Assembly: GCA_036172245.1 (NCBI GenBank)
Contig: JAYWIR010000063.1
Location: forward strand, 1 to 64,000
Length of the DNA: 64,000 bases
Direction of reading: 5' to 3'
From: Raillietiella orientalis
Taxonomy: Eukaryota
The position numbers were made by a program, and so were the translations under genes. Shown here piece after piece: positions 25,100-38,386 of this stretch (position 1 is the stretch's first letter; each line of letters begins with the position of its first letter). The notes under the pieces are model-generated. The model made no database searches and had not been told where the DNA came from. It was given only the letters and a program-made list of their open reading frames with translations.

Positions 25100-26400
25100 G
25101 TCGTCGGCCCTAATCGTCCGCAAATTCTTGGAACCTGGCGAGTCTTCGGCATGCAGGCCAGTGAAGTTCGCCTCGACTGCAAGGGGCAAACAAAATGAAA
25201 AAGCGAGAAGCAAAGGAAAAATGTGGGGGGCGCGGGGAGGGATCCCTGTCCACTGCAGGGCGTCCTCTGCATCCTTTCCAGGATTCCGGCAAGTTCCACC
25301 CGAGTGTGTTTCAGGTGGCGCCATCTTGCGGCCGTCCTCAGGAAGTGAAGGGCGAAGGGCAGATTCCGTACAAAGAGCGCCGTCCCCCGCACGCTTACCT
25401 CCAGGCCGCCACAACCCTGGGTTGGCAGCAGCCAAGAGCTGCTGGGAATGCGGCAGTCTCAAAAGGGTATCGCTCTCGAAGAGGTGCCTGGTCGCATCTT
25501 CGCTGCACAAAGAGTTTTCGACCAATGCAACCAAACGGTCAGGAGGGCAATACATTCTACAAGCAGGAGCAAAAGCTGGGATTTCCGTTCCTCTTATCTG
25601 CAACAGTCCCGGTCTACAGCCCACCGGGTTCAAAGAGACCGGGGGACGTTGTATGGGAAGTCCCCGAGAAATAGCTTGCTACTCCAAGGGAAGTGTCCGA
25701 TTACACTTCCAATTTGGAGACCACCCGAGGTCTTCCAGTGGGATTGCCAGCAGCTTACTCCAGCGCATTAGTCCTTCCGGTGGTGAATCTTCATGGTCCC
25801 TGTGCTGGCCCGTGCGATAACTACCTGACTCCTTTGGTCTTCCACCGATCTCACAAAGGATCTCTCAATTGGCCGGCTGGTTACTGCTCATGTGCTACCT
25901 GAGGGAAGGCAGTGCCGCGGCAAGGAAGGTTCTTTGTGCCCGCGCACTCGTGGTGGGCTGCACGATGACATCCCGCAGCGAGCGATAGTGTGACCTGCTT
26001 CGTGTGCCACCCAAACAACTCGAGGTGCCTCCCCTGTGCTTAGACTCTAAGAGTTTCCCGTAACGCTGGAAACGGCACGCTGTTCCTGGACAAGAGATAC
26101 CAGTGCAGCGCCGCTGGCACGTCGTTTCCGGGGAATTTGCCATCTTTAACTGTTCCAGGGGAGGGGCGACTAGGTGTTTGTCGCACCTTCTCGAGCTATC
26201 TGATGGGCTTGTGGCTGCGACGAGCCTCAGCGCTTTGCCGCCTTCTGGAGGACCCCCCGCTTGGAGCTTCCTGCGGAGTTTCCTCACGAGAGGCGGGCGG
26301 ACGACGGACCTTGCGATCGCAAAAGTCTGTTTCTCCGCGCTATGGTGTCGGTTCGTTACGTGACTCAAGGACGGAAGGCCTCCGGCATGGCAGCCACCTT
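25100..26400 (-). mobile_element. Old, degenerate LINE 3' fragment
   Basis: LRDVIVQPTTSARAQRTFLAAALPSLR resembles the ORF2 late region; FLRTAARWRHL; pyrimidine-rich 3' UTR with a CTGCAT hairpin at 25146-25161. Boundaries approximate. Confidence 0.65.
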
Positions 26401-27124
26401 CATGAAGACGGCCGTAATGTAACCTGCGCTTCCAAAAAAATTCGTCAGTGAGGCCGCCACCATACACAACCACTTCTAAAAATAAAGGAACCAATGGATG
26501 TAAAGGCCTCCCTCTACAATTCCGTAACTGTTCTCTTACTTATTTGTCATTTCTAGCTTCTTTCCCTACTTTCACAGAAGTAGGCTTGCTTGCCGGTGGT
26601 AACTTCAGATGAACTTCATTTGTTGTTGTTTTTGTTGCAGTTGTGCTCTGTTTCCGTACTTGAAGACACTCGAAGCCCTTCTGATATGCAATCAATTTTT
26701 AGCTCCCGACATGGCGGGTGGAAATCCTTGAACAGAGCTTGCACTTTTGGGTAGCGAGAAGATAAAGGGTGCACACTGCATCTTCTCACCATCCCAGGAT
26801 GAACTAGGAGGTTCTTACTCCTGGCGAGGCAACCGCGAACCCTGCTTAAATGTAGACGCTGGACCAACTTAGCCGTTGTCCTGAGGTCGAAGGCAGCTCT
26901 GGCAATGCTTGCTTGCCTGTTCAGGTTGCCCATGAACTAAGGGTCGTAGAGGATGGTTTTCCGTGTTGTGTCGATAAGAATAAAGCTCTGCGCTGCATCT
27001 ATTTCAAGCGCTTGGAAAGCCCCAGTATCCCGGGCCTCACGGGCAACTTGCTGGTCCAAATGCACACCTGCTGGCGGAGAACGAGATTAAGAAATTCGGA
27101 ACAACTCTCAGCGGCTTCCGTGTT

Positions 27125-27212
27125 GCAGCCTGGTCAGGTCGTCTCCAGAAAGTGGAGACGGAGATCGGCATCTTCCTGGAAGGCAAAACTCCCTTGCCGG
27201 AACGGGCCGCGG
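27125..27212 (+). pseudogene. Small inverted RT-thumb fragment
   Basis: AAWSGRLQKVETEIGIFLEGKTPLPERAA lies on the strand opposite to the adjacent RT. Confidence 0.75.
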
Positions 27213-27239
27213 AGTCAGTCCTCCACGGAGCGACACCAA

Positions 27240-28352
27240 AGCATGTCCGTATGCTGCCACCGCAGGCGTGCCGGGACAGTCGCGCGGCAGGTGCGCTAGA
27301 GTTTCCCTGTACGCTCTCAGTAGCAACTCGAAAAAGGTACTGTAGAGCAAGGAACTCAGGCTGTCTACCTGCCGTATGCCGCGTCGCATCGGTACGCCGT
27401 GCACGGTGTGTCCACTGAAAAAGATCTAGATGAGCGCGTTCCGCCAGCAGGATCGCAGGTAGGTCAGCAAAGAGACCGGGAAGCCCAAGCGTTCCAGGAG
27501 CTCCAGCAGGAGCCTCTGGTCGACACAGTCGAATGCTTTATGCAAATCGACTGCGACTGCGAGGGCTCCCTCTCCTCCCCAGCCATCCCGTTCCCTACTT
27601 GCGGAAATTCCGGAACTCCGGTTGCCCATCCTGACCCTTTCCTGTTGAAGCGCGAAAAAGGTGCTGGCGAGGAACAGGTTGGCATCCATGCTCCGCCCGG
27701 GAACAGCATATGTCTGCTCCGGGCTAATGAAGCTTTCCGCTAACCGCCCCAGGCGTTCAGCCCACAATTTCGCCAGCAACTTGGCGTCCGCGTTTATCAC
27801 GGTAATCGGCCGCCAGCTGCTCATGCGCCGAAGATCTCCTCCCTTAGGGAGGAGACGCACCTTTGCCGAACGAAACGAGGTGAGGACGTTGCCCGTTTCG
27901 CGGATCAGCAAGGTGAGTTTCTTCACCAGAGGAATGAGCTCTGCCGCAAAACATTAAAAAAATTCCGCTGGCAGGCCGTCCTCCCCTTGAGCCTTCCGCC
28001 TCTTGAGCTTTCCGATGGCCGAGATGATCTCGCCCATCGTGAAAGGCTCGTCGAGGGTCTCTCTATCTTCCTCCCCGATCGCCGGAGCGCCTTCCGGAAG
28101 AAGTCGCGAGACATCCCGTTCCGCTGGAGCGCGAGCGTACAGGGAGGAGTAGAATTTTTTTAATAAGCCTTTTACCTGGGCGGGGGCCGAGTGCTTTGAG
28201 CCCTGGTCGTCCAGTAAGCTGGCCGACCCGGATTGCCAGGCCTGCCTCTCGGCTCCCGCACAGTATTCGCATAGCATACGTACGTCGGGGGTTCGCGCGT
28301 AACGTCGAATTTGTAAATATGCTCACTCGTTGCGGATGCCCTCCCAAAACCC
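27240..28352 (-). mobile_element. Host LINE fragment, linker to RT (V-like)
   Basis: GF..IRNE, AERQAWQSGSASLLDD, WRPITVINADAKLLAKLWAERLG, VDLHKAFD, GIRQ, TPAVAAY. Confidence 0.9.
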
Positions 28353-28450
28353 TCTTGTGGTGAGCGTACGTGTTTTTCCGTCTATCCGCCTGCGTGGCAA
28401 GAGGAGCGTTTTTATTTGAGTCTTTTGTGAGTTCACATCGTCGGTGTCCC

Positions 28451-30307
28451 ATGGCTGCGTTGCCAGAGGACACCGCGATGGAAGTAGGCGTGAGGAAGGC
28501 TATTTCGCCCACACAGCCCACTGGATCAGGGGTATTCGCCCCTAAATCGTCCCCGCCGCTACAGACGAGGACTTGGAGTGCCATGGTGGCAACGCCCAGC
28601 GCCGAAGCCTTAGCGGAACAAATGGCCTACCGGGAAGCAGGTTATAAACCCTCCCTGATATATAAGGTAGGTCCATTATTTGATGGGCGGAATACACGCG
28701 CCTTCTCGAAGGCGCTGCAGAACGCTAATATCCGGGAGCAAGATCTTGACGGCCCCTCCGTCCACAGCAAGGGTCAGCGGGTCGAGGTGGTATGCAAAGA
28801 CATCACCTTGACCAAACGCCTGATCACCGACCCGCTAATCGTTGATGGTCGGAAGATCTTGCCGGTGACGATGGACCGCTCGGTAGTGGTCCATCTCACC
28901 GGGATCATCAGCCGCATGACGCGGTCAGCGGTTGGTGATCAGTTGCGTAAGCACGGTGAAGTGCACAAGTTGTGGGCGAAGCCTAGGATTTTTAAAGGTT
29001 TCAATAGCGTTTTCGGGGGACAGGCCGCGGCGCGTGTCACGGTGAAAGAGGGTGGCACGCTTCCCCACAAGCTGGAGGTCTGCCAAGAACCAATAGACCT
29101 CTGGTTCGTGGGGAAACCCCAATTTTCTGGCTACTGCAATGCAGTAGGGCATCTTAGAAAAAGGTGCCCGAACATTGTGTGCCACTTATGCGGGGAGAAG
29201 GGGCACGTTCGACGCGTGTGCCCCAAGCGCCCCACCCCGGTTCTGCCTGCCACCAAAAAGGCGCAGGCGAAACTCATGAGAAAGGTCGAAAGACCTAATA
29301 CGGAAAATGGCCGGCAACTGCCACCAGATCCTTAACCTCAGACACAGGTGTCGAAGGAAAAACATTCCGAAATAACGGAAAGCGAAGAGGACTAGAAGCT
29401 GGTAAAGGCCAGGAAAGAGAAGAAAGTTGAGAAAAAGTCGGAGAATAAGGTTACCGTCGCGAAAAAGAAAAAATCGCTACCGCGCGCCGAACTCCGACAA
29501 TGCTCGGGGGCATTGGAACGGTTAGGCGTTCTTGCCGATGCCGCCTGCGGCAAAGTTGACAGATCAGCTGACGCGGACGCGATCGAAACTCGCATGGACG
29601 AGCCCACTCTAGGGTTAGAGGGTGAGACGCCAAACTCGCCCGCCGAACGCGAGGACGCAGCGTTCGAAAAGGTCGCCGAGGAGCCCGCGGAAACGTTTGT
29701 CGGCAGCGATGACGCGACCTCCGAGAAGGCCGCGTTGGAGCCTGCGGCAGCGTCCGATGTCAGCAAAGACGCGGCCTTCGAGAAGGCCGCGTTGGGACTT
29801 GCGGCAACGCTCGCCGAGCGCGAAACCCCGTCGCATAAGGGCGTCCGCAGTCCGGCTCCGAAGAAAGTGCCTCCTGCAGGTGAGTCCGACCGGGAGGACG
29901 GAAATTCATCCTCCTCCGCGGAGGCACCTCCTCGAAAGGCAGGACGCAACTCCCAAAAGCCTAAGAGGTGCCTTCTTGTTTCGACCGAGGAGGAAAAACA
30001 GGAAGACGACGGCAGCGTGGTATCCCCGGAGGGGAATCTCCCACGCGCGGACGCCGGCACACAAGCGACGCCTATGGAGGACGGTGAGCAGGGCAACGAA
30101 CCCAACCCTGCATGCGCCGAACCCGAGAAGACCGGCCCTATGGAGGAAGGCGATCAGGTAGGCGCGACCACACCCTCGGGCGACCCGCCTGACGCGCCGA
30201 CACCAATGGAGGAGGGGGATCAGGTGCGCGACGCACCGACACGTCCGCCTCCTAGAGTCCCGCCCCAACAGGTGGCGGACGCCGCACTGCAACTTTCCCA
30301 GGATTAA
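28451..30307 (+). pseudogene. G1 ORF1 (zinc-knuckle protein), in-frame stops
   Basis: MAALPEDTAMEVGV; CHLCGEKGHVRRVC; stops at 29333 and ~29393; ends LSQD*. Confidence 0.9.
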
Positions 30308-30496
30308 CACCTGGGCTCGCCTGTCGCCGTCGGATACGCGTGGCCTGTTGGAATGTCAACGGGCTGCGCGCGGACGGCAACAGCCGACATACAGCCGACA
30401 CCCTGCGTGAGTTAGACCTGGCGCTGCTGCAGGTGATCCACGTGATCACCGCAGCGGACGCCCAGGAGATCCTTTCGATCGCGGGGGGTTGGTTGT

Positions 30497-32115
30497 TTAT
30501 CACCCGGGTGCACCGAAGCGTTTATTAAAAACTATCCGGGAACAGAGTTCCTGGACAAAGGGAAAAATAAGAGACGAAGGGGGTAGGATCCCCGACACGC
30601 AGGTCGGTATGCCAAAAGTCCGAAACGGGAGGGAGGGGACCACAAATACACTACTATTAAAAAATAAAAAGAAAAACATGGAGGGCAGGGGACAGGGGTC
30701 TTTGGTTCGGCCGTTCCTTCCTTTTAGAACCGGCGATGGATGCCGGCGATCTCTCTCCTCACGCCCTCTGGTAGGTGGACCCACTCGGCAGCCGACGACA
30801 TGTTTGCGCTGGCTAATCCGGTGGGTTGACGAAGGATGGCCAGCTTCTCCAACTCTCGGTGGGCCTTGTCGATGGCGCGGGTGCAACACACGGTTGCAAC
30901 GACAGCACCCAATGACAGGCCGCCTGGCGTGAAGAAGCGGCGCATCAAGTCCCTCACGGTGTCCCCCTGGTGCAGGAGAGCTGAGGCCAGCCTCCGCCAA
31001 AGTCCTTGGAGGGCACCGCAGTCCAGGAGCAGGTGCGGGAGCGTTTCCACTTCCCCGCACCGCTTACAGTTTGGGAGACAACTCCCCCGGAAACACGGTT
31101 CGTCCGTTGGTTGGAGTGAAAACCCCAATGCACCAGCATGATGACGTCCTGCTTCCACGAAAGGGGGAACACAGAAGTGTTTAAACAGGAGGGAGGGACC
31201 ACAGGTACTTCAGGGGGCACACTCAAGTGTTCACTCCACCGAAGGAGTCCCTTCGGAACGTGGCGACGCGTGCCTGCGTCCGCCAGCTCGCAAGTCCTCC
31301 AGACGCCAATAGGTCGTGTTGTTCATGCCATGGTGTAGGCGACCTCCCATCTCGCCGGTTCGCAGCTGTCATCTCTTGCCCTGAGGGCTCACAGTGCGTC
31401 AGCGAGGGGGTCGAGGGCCAGGCCGGTCCACTTCTCATGGCTGCTGCAGACCTCATCCACCGTGCAGTACGGAAAGAGGTGAACGCAACGGAGTTCCAGG
31501 AGGGAAACATCCTGGTGCTTTGCCGAGCCATGCAGCGGTTCCTGCCGCCAGGCTTCGAAGTTCGTTGGGCGGCAGGAGATCCATTCCTGGGCTTCCAGGA
31601 GCCGGTAGAGAGGTTTCAAAAGAAATCCAAAGCTTCTCGTGGCGCGCTAAGTGTGTGGCCGCAGCGACAGAAGTCCATCGCTGCGTGTGCTTCGCCACAG
31701 AAGCAGGCGCGCGGCAGCGCACCACGGAGTGGAGCAAAGATTGGCGCACAGGGCCAACATCCGAAGCTGCACCTGCAGCTGGATTCTCTCCAGCGTCAGG
31801 ATGCCTAAGCTAGCATCCCGACGCGGAGCCGCCAAGTCTTTCAGACGGATCCTGGACCTCGCAGGACCCCACAGAGCGTTCCTCAACAGGCTGTGAGCCT
31901 GGAGCTTCGCCGAGTAGGGGGGCGGGCAAACAAAAAACAGGCAGCGCAAGAGGGGGGCAACGAAGGTGTTCCATATCGTGGCTCGCTCCGGCAGGACGAA
32001 CCTGCCACGGTGGAACGGGCTCAGAGCACTCGTAGCCTTCCGAAGGCAGTCCGACCACACTTCCACTGGGCTGATGATCCACAGCGGAACGCCCAGATAT
32101 TGAATGGGAAAGTCC
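30497..32115 (-). mobile_element. 5'-truncated LINE W, inserted antisense in the G1 endonuclease
   Basis: QYLGVP...CKRCGEVETLPHLLLDC, stop at 30724, AATAAA at 30521-30526 plus hairpin. Confidence 0.9.
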
Positions 32116-32393
32116 ATTGTAATGCGGCGCACGCAACAGCCGTGGGGTCGCGTTCTTCGTGAAGTCAGCCATCGACGCTGCTGTGAAGGGCGTGCACTTT
32201 GATGACGACGGTCAGGTCGGACATCTGACTCTCAGGTGGTCCTACTCGATCGACTTGATCGTCACAAACGTGTATGCCCTCAGCGGCAAACAGCGTTACC
32301 GCGACCGTAACAGGTTGCTGGAGACCCTGAAGAAGAACAGGCTGGCGGACACAAAGGTGCGAAGGGCTCACCTCATAGCGGGAGATTTCAATC

Positions 32394-35300
32394 GAGTGCG
32401 GACGTGTTTTTCTTCGCTCTCGTCTCCGTGCTTTCATCCGCTTCATCTTGGCGTCGTACATTTTGACGACGATGTCGACCCAACTTGAAGCTACTGAAGT
32501 TGGAGGAACAGCATCCGGATCTGCAATCGCGGAACCGACGGCCGCCTCCACTTCGTCTTTCTCGCCAATGGAGAGGAGGTTTGCTGACGTTGCTGCCACA
32601 GCAGCCGTCAAAGGGAAACCACTCGACGAGTCGGAGTTGCGGGCATACGTAGCCCAAGGCTATAGACCTGCTCTCCGATATAAGGTTAGTGGTTTTCTTT
32701 CTGCGCGCGACGGGAATCAGTTCAACGATGAACTGACGCGTGTTGGCGTGCGGGAGGAGGACCTTCTCGCCATTATGCCCGTAAAAGACATGGGCCTCTT
32801 CAAGGTGATTTCAGCAAAGACCTGCGTATTGCGCCGTTTATGCACCCATTTGTCGATCCGGCAATACGAGAAGGTCTTCCCGGCATATGGACGGCCTTCT
32901 CATTTGTGGTCAGGGAATTTTCGACGTCAAGTCGGAAATCTCCGATATTGATATTCGGAACGCGTTGGCGAAATTCGCCACGGTCCATGCGCTGTGGAGG
33001 GTGCGTAGCAACCTCAAGGACTTCTCGTCCATACACAGCGGAATCGCTGGAGTCCGGTTTACAATGTCGGACCGCCATCTGCTACCCACCAAACTACAAG
33101 TAAAAGACACGGTCGTTTACCTGTGGTTCGCGGGCAAAGAAAGAGCGTGCGAGCAATGCGGGAAGGAGAGGCATTGTTTGGATAAATGCCCCTCTGGAAA
33201 ATACCGTTATTGCAAACTATCCGGGCACCAATTGAAAAATTGCCGGATCTTTTGCGGAAAAAGGCAGCCGCGGAGCTCCACCTTAAAAAACCAAGCGCGG
33301 ATAAGAAGAAAAAATCTGCGAAAATCCTGGAGACACCACGGCAGAAATTCCGTAAAAACGCGAAGCGGAATGTCGCCACAAAGAAGCAGGATAATTCGCA
33401 CGCGAAGCCCTACGCGCCCCCTCTCGCGGCAAGTAAGCCGCAAAACAAAGGGTGCAAGGAATCAAAGGCAATGGTAAGTCCTCCTAGGCGTAATAGCTGT
33501 CCTTCCCAAGCACGCCCGGCTCTCTCGGAGTTCGAGCAACCGGCGGGGACGTCAATGGACAACGGCGGTAAGGACACTTCCAGTACCGTCAGATCCATTC
33601 CTTCACCTCCTGCAGTGGCTGAGAAGCCCAAATCGGGTAAGAAGGGTTGTGCCGTGTCGACTTCGAAAGTCGGCAAGAAAAAATCCGCGTCGCGATCCAA
33701 CACCGCGAAAGCGGAGAAAAATCTCACGCCGTCGCAGTCGGAGAGCAAGCTCTCGACTGGCGCGGATGCCATGCCAACGAAGTGATTAAAAGCCCTTCCG
33801 AAAGCAGCGTCCATGACGAGCGTGTCGGAGCCATCGAAAGGGCTCCCGTCCAAAGACGCGGATGGCTTCAAAGATGGCCATGGAGCACAATCTCCATTTA
33901 CGGCGCCACGAGAAGTGAGGAACCGTAATGAAGTAAAGAAGACTTCAGCAAAGGTCCCTCGTGCAACTGCGCGTGAGCACGCTGAAAACGCGCGCGCCGG
34001 GAAAGCAGCCGTCACCAAAAGCGATGCTCTGGTGACGGAAAACGAAAACAGGACAGCTGTCAATCCAGCAGAACCTGTCACTGCTTCGCGGAAGGCCGAA
34101 ACCCGATCGAATATGCGCCGGTCGGACTCCGAAATGGATGCCGTTCCGATCACCGAGACGAGGACAACTCGTTCGAAAGCGTGTGCGCGCCGATCAAAAG
34201 TAGGCAGCCAGGCAACGCTCGCCGCGAAGCAACGCGAAGTCTCCACGAAACCCGACGGGGTTAAGCCTGGCGTGGAGGCATTACATGCATGCAGCACGAC
34301 AGAGGACGGTGGCGAACGTCCCCTCCAGCCAGTAGTGCTGCTCGCCGTCTGCTCGCCGGATAAAGCGAGCAAAAAGCCGCCACCTTCCCAGCAGTAATGC
34401 GGGGAATCGCGTCTTCTCGTCGTCTGTCCGTAACGTGTTGGAACGTGAACGGACTGCAGAACGACGAGAAGAGGCGATTAGTATCCAACGCCCTGCGCCC
34501 CTTCGACCTCGCGCTGCTGCAGGAGATTCACGTAATCTCCGACGAGCAGGCAGCCGAAATCGAGGAGCGCGCAGGCGGAACGCTACATTGGCGGTGCGGC
34601 GGCGCACACACGTGCGGCGTCGCGTTCCTCGTCAGAGGAAAAATGGCGGAAGCGGTGCGTTGTTCATTCGTTTCGATGAATCTTGAACAGATGACCGCTG
34701 TCATCAAGTGGTCCGATCCCATCGATCTCATCGTTACGAACGTCTGCGCGCCGGAGGTAACTCTCGCTACCTCGAAGAAAGAGTAGCTTTCTTTGGTGAG
34801 GTGCAGAGCCACTGGCTAAAAAAACTCCGGCCACCAAATAGCACACCTCGTTGTAGAGGACTTCAACGTCCGCGTGCTCTCCGACGATTGGAGCCGCCGC
34901 AGAGAGCGCGCGCTGCCCATCGAGATGTGCGCGTCGGTGCACGCCGCAAACTTGATGGTCAGCGAACCTGGAATGGAAAGTTCGCTCGATCACGTTTTCC
35001 TCGATGAAAACCTGCATTCGCGTGTGGGCAGGAGAAAAAGGTTGTTGACTGGGCTTTTTGGCCACGACTGGTTGTCGTAAGTGCTCCTTCAGTTAAATAA
35101 GGGGCCTATGTTGCAAAACTGGAGGATGCAGACGGATTGGCTTAGCCACCCGGAGGCTGCGGAGCATCTCCGTGAACACCTACGAGGCTTCGCCATTCAA
35201 GAACTTGCAAACTAGGACGATCTCAAAAGATCTGTTCGCGAGTTCTGCTGCCGATTCCCCTTGCATTGCCTTCCACGCGGTTTCGGAGAAGACGTGGCCA

Positions 35301-38299
35301 ACAGCAGACACTTTCTGCATGCTCGCACGTTTTCCAGACGCGCGGATGTTGGATGTCTTGCGGAGTACAAGGCGAGGGTTGAGCGTGAGGTTTGGCAGTC
35401 CGGAGCAGCATGCCTGTTGGACGAAAAGGGCCATAAATGCTCGACCCCAGCCGAAGTACGCCGGATTCTAAGACGCTACTACTTTTCGCTGTACGCGGAA
35501 TCCCCGACGCAGGACATTCTCTCTGAGATACTCTTGTCGCAGGATGCTCCTGTCGTCGGCGAGAAGGAACGCGACCGTCTCAACGAGCCCTTTACGGCGG
35601 ATGAATTCTCGTCCGCCATTGCTAAGCTGAAGAGACAAAAGGCGCTATGCAAGGATGAACTGTTTGCAGAGTTTTACCAGTGCTTTGCAGTGGAGCTCAC
35701 CTTCTTGATGCTGAGACTTACGACGCTGATGAGGGAATCCGGGATCGTCATGGATTCCTTCCGTTCAGCGAAGGTCCGTCTCCTGCCAAGAGGCAAAGAC
35801 TGGCGTCAACTTAACTAGCGTGCGATCACCTTGGTGAACTCGTACGTCAAGTTGTTTTCCAAACTGTGGGTCACGGTTAGGAAGAATCGGAATCTATGCC
35901 AGTGAACCCCTTGGAACCATTACTGGTTCGGGACTGATCCATGGAGGCAACATCCTTTTCGCGCGTACATTGGATGCAGCTGCAGAAGGTTGTGGCGCAG
36001 CAAAGCCAGGCTGCTGCGAAGTCGCACGCGCACGGGCAAAAAGAACGAGCGCCGACTTGTAGGAGGAGCATAAGTCGCATGGCGGTGGTCGATCTGCAAA
36101 GGCGTTCGACTGCGTAAACCAGAAGCTGTGCAGACTTATGGGGCTGCCGGGTTCCCGGCGCAGCATCTGCTGTATTTGCGCGCGTGCTGGCACCACGCGC
36201 TAACCTGCATCACGCAGCGGCTGCCATGATAACGCTGACCTTCCATTCGTGACGCATCAACAGGCTCCAGGCATGCAAGCCCGTTGCTCTTCCAGGATAC
36301 TACCCAGGTTGGTGCTAAGAGCATACAGGCTGACGCTGTCTCACTTGACTAGCTCCTGCCCGGGAACGCCTGCCGTGGCCGCCTACGCTGATGACCTGCT
36401 TCTTCTGCTCCCCATGTCCACCCCGTCGTCCATTGTCGAGGATTTCTTCGACCTGATTCGTCGGGGAGCGGACGTGTGCGTGAACAGAGAAAAGAGCGTG
36501 GTCGTTTCTGTGGCTACGTCGTTGGAGGTGCAGTCCGACTGGATCCGCCTGGGGATCCCCACGGGCGGGTACTTTAAGTACCTCGGCGTTCCCTTGGGCG
36601 CTTTCGGCGCAGCCGAAGCGCGCAGGCGGAGCTTATCTGAAGAAACGGAGTTAGTAGTAAACCCCGTTCTTTGGCGGCAAGTTACCGCCAGAAGAACGCG
36701 CGACTATTTGGAACACCTTTGTGGCCCCCCTCCTCCGTCCCCTGTTTTTTGTTTTGGACCCCCCCTATGCGGCAAAACAGCGGGCTAAGCGCCTGCTCAG
36801 GAACGCTCTCTGGGGTCCGGCGAGATCCAGGATCCGCCTTTAAGATTTGTCAGCTCCGCGTCGGGATGCTGGTTTGGGTATCCTGACAATGGAGCGAATC
36901 GGACTGCAGGTGCAGTTCCGACTGCTGGCACTGTGTGCCCAGCTATGGACATCCCCCCTGTGTGTGCCAGCTCGCATTCTCCTGCGGAGATGCGCCGGCA
37001 GCGGAGAATTTCTCTCGCTTTTGCCGGGCACTCAATACAGGAAGCGGGGTTTCGGTTTTCCATTGCGGCAGTTGACCGCACTTCTGGAAGCACACTCTTG
37101 GATCTCCTGCCGCCCAATGAACTTTGAAGCTTGGCGGCAGGAGTCTGTTGAATCCTGGGCGGCGTTCCCAGGAATACGCCCTGAAGATCTTCGCCCCCTG
37201 CGCCAATTTTTTCCACGATCCTTGGAAGAAGTACTGCAGGACGAGGTGAAGTTTTCTACCCTGGCTGCCACGCCTCTTGCCGCAGCGCTGACTGCCCTCA
37301 GGGCAAGAAACGACAGTTACCAACCGGCGAGGTGGGAGGTTTCCTGCACGATAGCGGGAAGAACCAAACTCCTTGGCACCTGGAAGACAAGTGAGTTGGC
37401 GGACGCCGCCACTCCTCGTGCTACTGCAAAGGGACTCCTCCGGTGGGCAGAAGAACTTGCTGTCACCCCCGAAGAACTTGTAGTCCCTCCACAGTGTATG
37501 GACAGTTCGCTGCTCCCCCTTGCTTGGAAACAAGCCGTGCTGCTTTTCGTTCACTGGGGTTTTCAGTGCAACGAGCGTTGGCATCGTGACTCCGGGGGAC
37601 TTGCGTCTGCGAACTGCGTTCGGTGCGGATCGACGGAGTCGATTCCGCACCTACTTCTGGATTGCGGTGTCCTACAAGGACTGTAGCGTAGGCTGGCAAC
37701 AGCACTAATGCATCCCGTGGACACCGCAAGAGACTTGCTGCGACGATTTTTCACGCCGAGCTAGCTTTCACTAAGCGCAAGGATTGCAGCCATCGGTTGT
37801 ATACGCGCGATAGTTTCCGTCCGCCAGGCGTTGGTAATCAACGGATAGCACCAAGAGGTAATCAGCAAAGCATCCTTCTACATGCAGGCATCATCTAGAT
37901 GGCCTCATTTGACAGAGGACACAAAGAGGAATCTCGCCGCAATACACCGCCGGTTTACACACCCTCAGCAGCGGCCAACCCGGTGATCATTGCCCTACCC
38001 TCCATTAACTAATTTTGTATTTTCTTTTTACACCCGCGTCCCCATGGGCTCCGGAACATTTTAGGTGCTCATCGTTTAAATCCCCGTGAGTACGGAGCCT
38101 AACCAAAAACCCTTTTCCCTTCCCTCCAGTTTTTGATTTTTGTTTGTTTCCCCTCATTCCCCCCACGCTGCGAGCGGTTTGTTTACCAGGCCTGCGTGGC
38201 GGTAATTTTTCTATGTTCTCTGACGTTCTGTTGGTTGGGGACATTGTCCCTGACCAGTTTATTATTATTAATAAACGCCCCGGCGTGACCGGGTGATAA
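32394..38299 (+). mobile_element. Full-length N-lineage LINE N1 (5906 bp), heavily disrupted; ORF1 32472-34397, ORF2 34397-37986
   Basis: GAGTGCGGACGTG start, TAATG overlap, AATAAA at 38270; ATTTCAATC on both sides. Confidence 0.95.
38270..38299 (+). terminator. AATAAA plus terminal GC hairpin marking LINE 3' ends (representative copy)
   Basis: AATAAA-CG-CCCCGG-loop-CCGGG-TG-ATAA pattern, with variants, at 10 element ends. Confidence 0.7.
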
Positions 38300-38308
38300 A
38301 TTTCAATC

Positions 38309-38327
38309 GAGTGCGGACGTGTTTTTC
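38309..38327 (+). promoter_or_regulatory. Conserved LINE 5'-terminal motif GCGGACGTGTTTT (representative copy), putative internal promoter element
   Basis: Present at 12 element starts of different lineages, with a degenerate 13th at 15858. Function is inferred. Confidence 0.55.
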
Positions 38328-38386
38328 TTCGCTCTCGTCTCCGTGCTTTCATCCGCTTGATCTTGGCGTCGTACATTTTGACGACG

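Noticed and set aside
30293..30310. Canonical slippery heptamer before the ORF1 stop
   Set aside because: CTTTCCCAG does not form an X XXY YYZ site in the ORF1 frame.
33410..34372. Long antisense or alternate-frame ORFs (also 3610-4392, 17227-18051, 25062-25820)
   Set aside because: They are shadows of GC-rich LINE coding sequence, with no motifs and no conserved starts.
32800..36700. Patchy clusters of indels and substitutions in N1 as targeted hypermutation
   Set aside because: Abrupt noisy patches between near-identical stretches look equally like low-quality consensus. This cannot be judged without reads.
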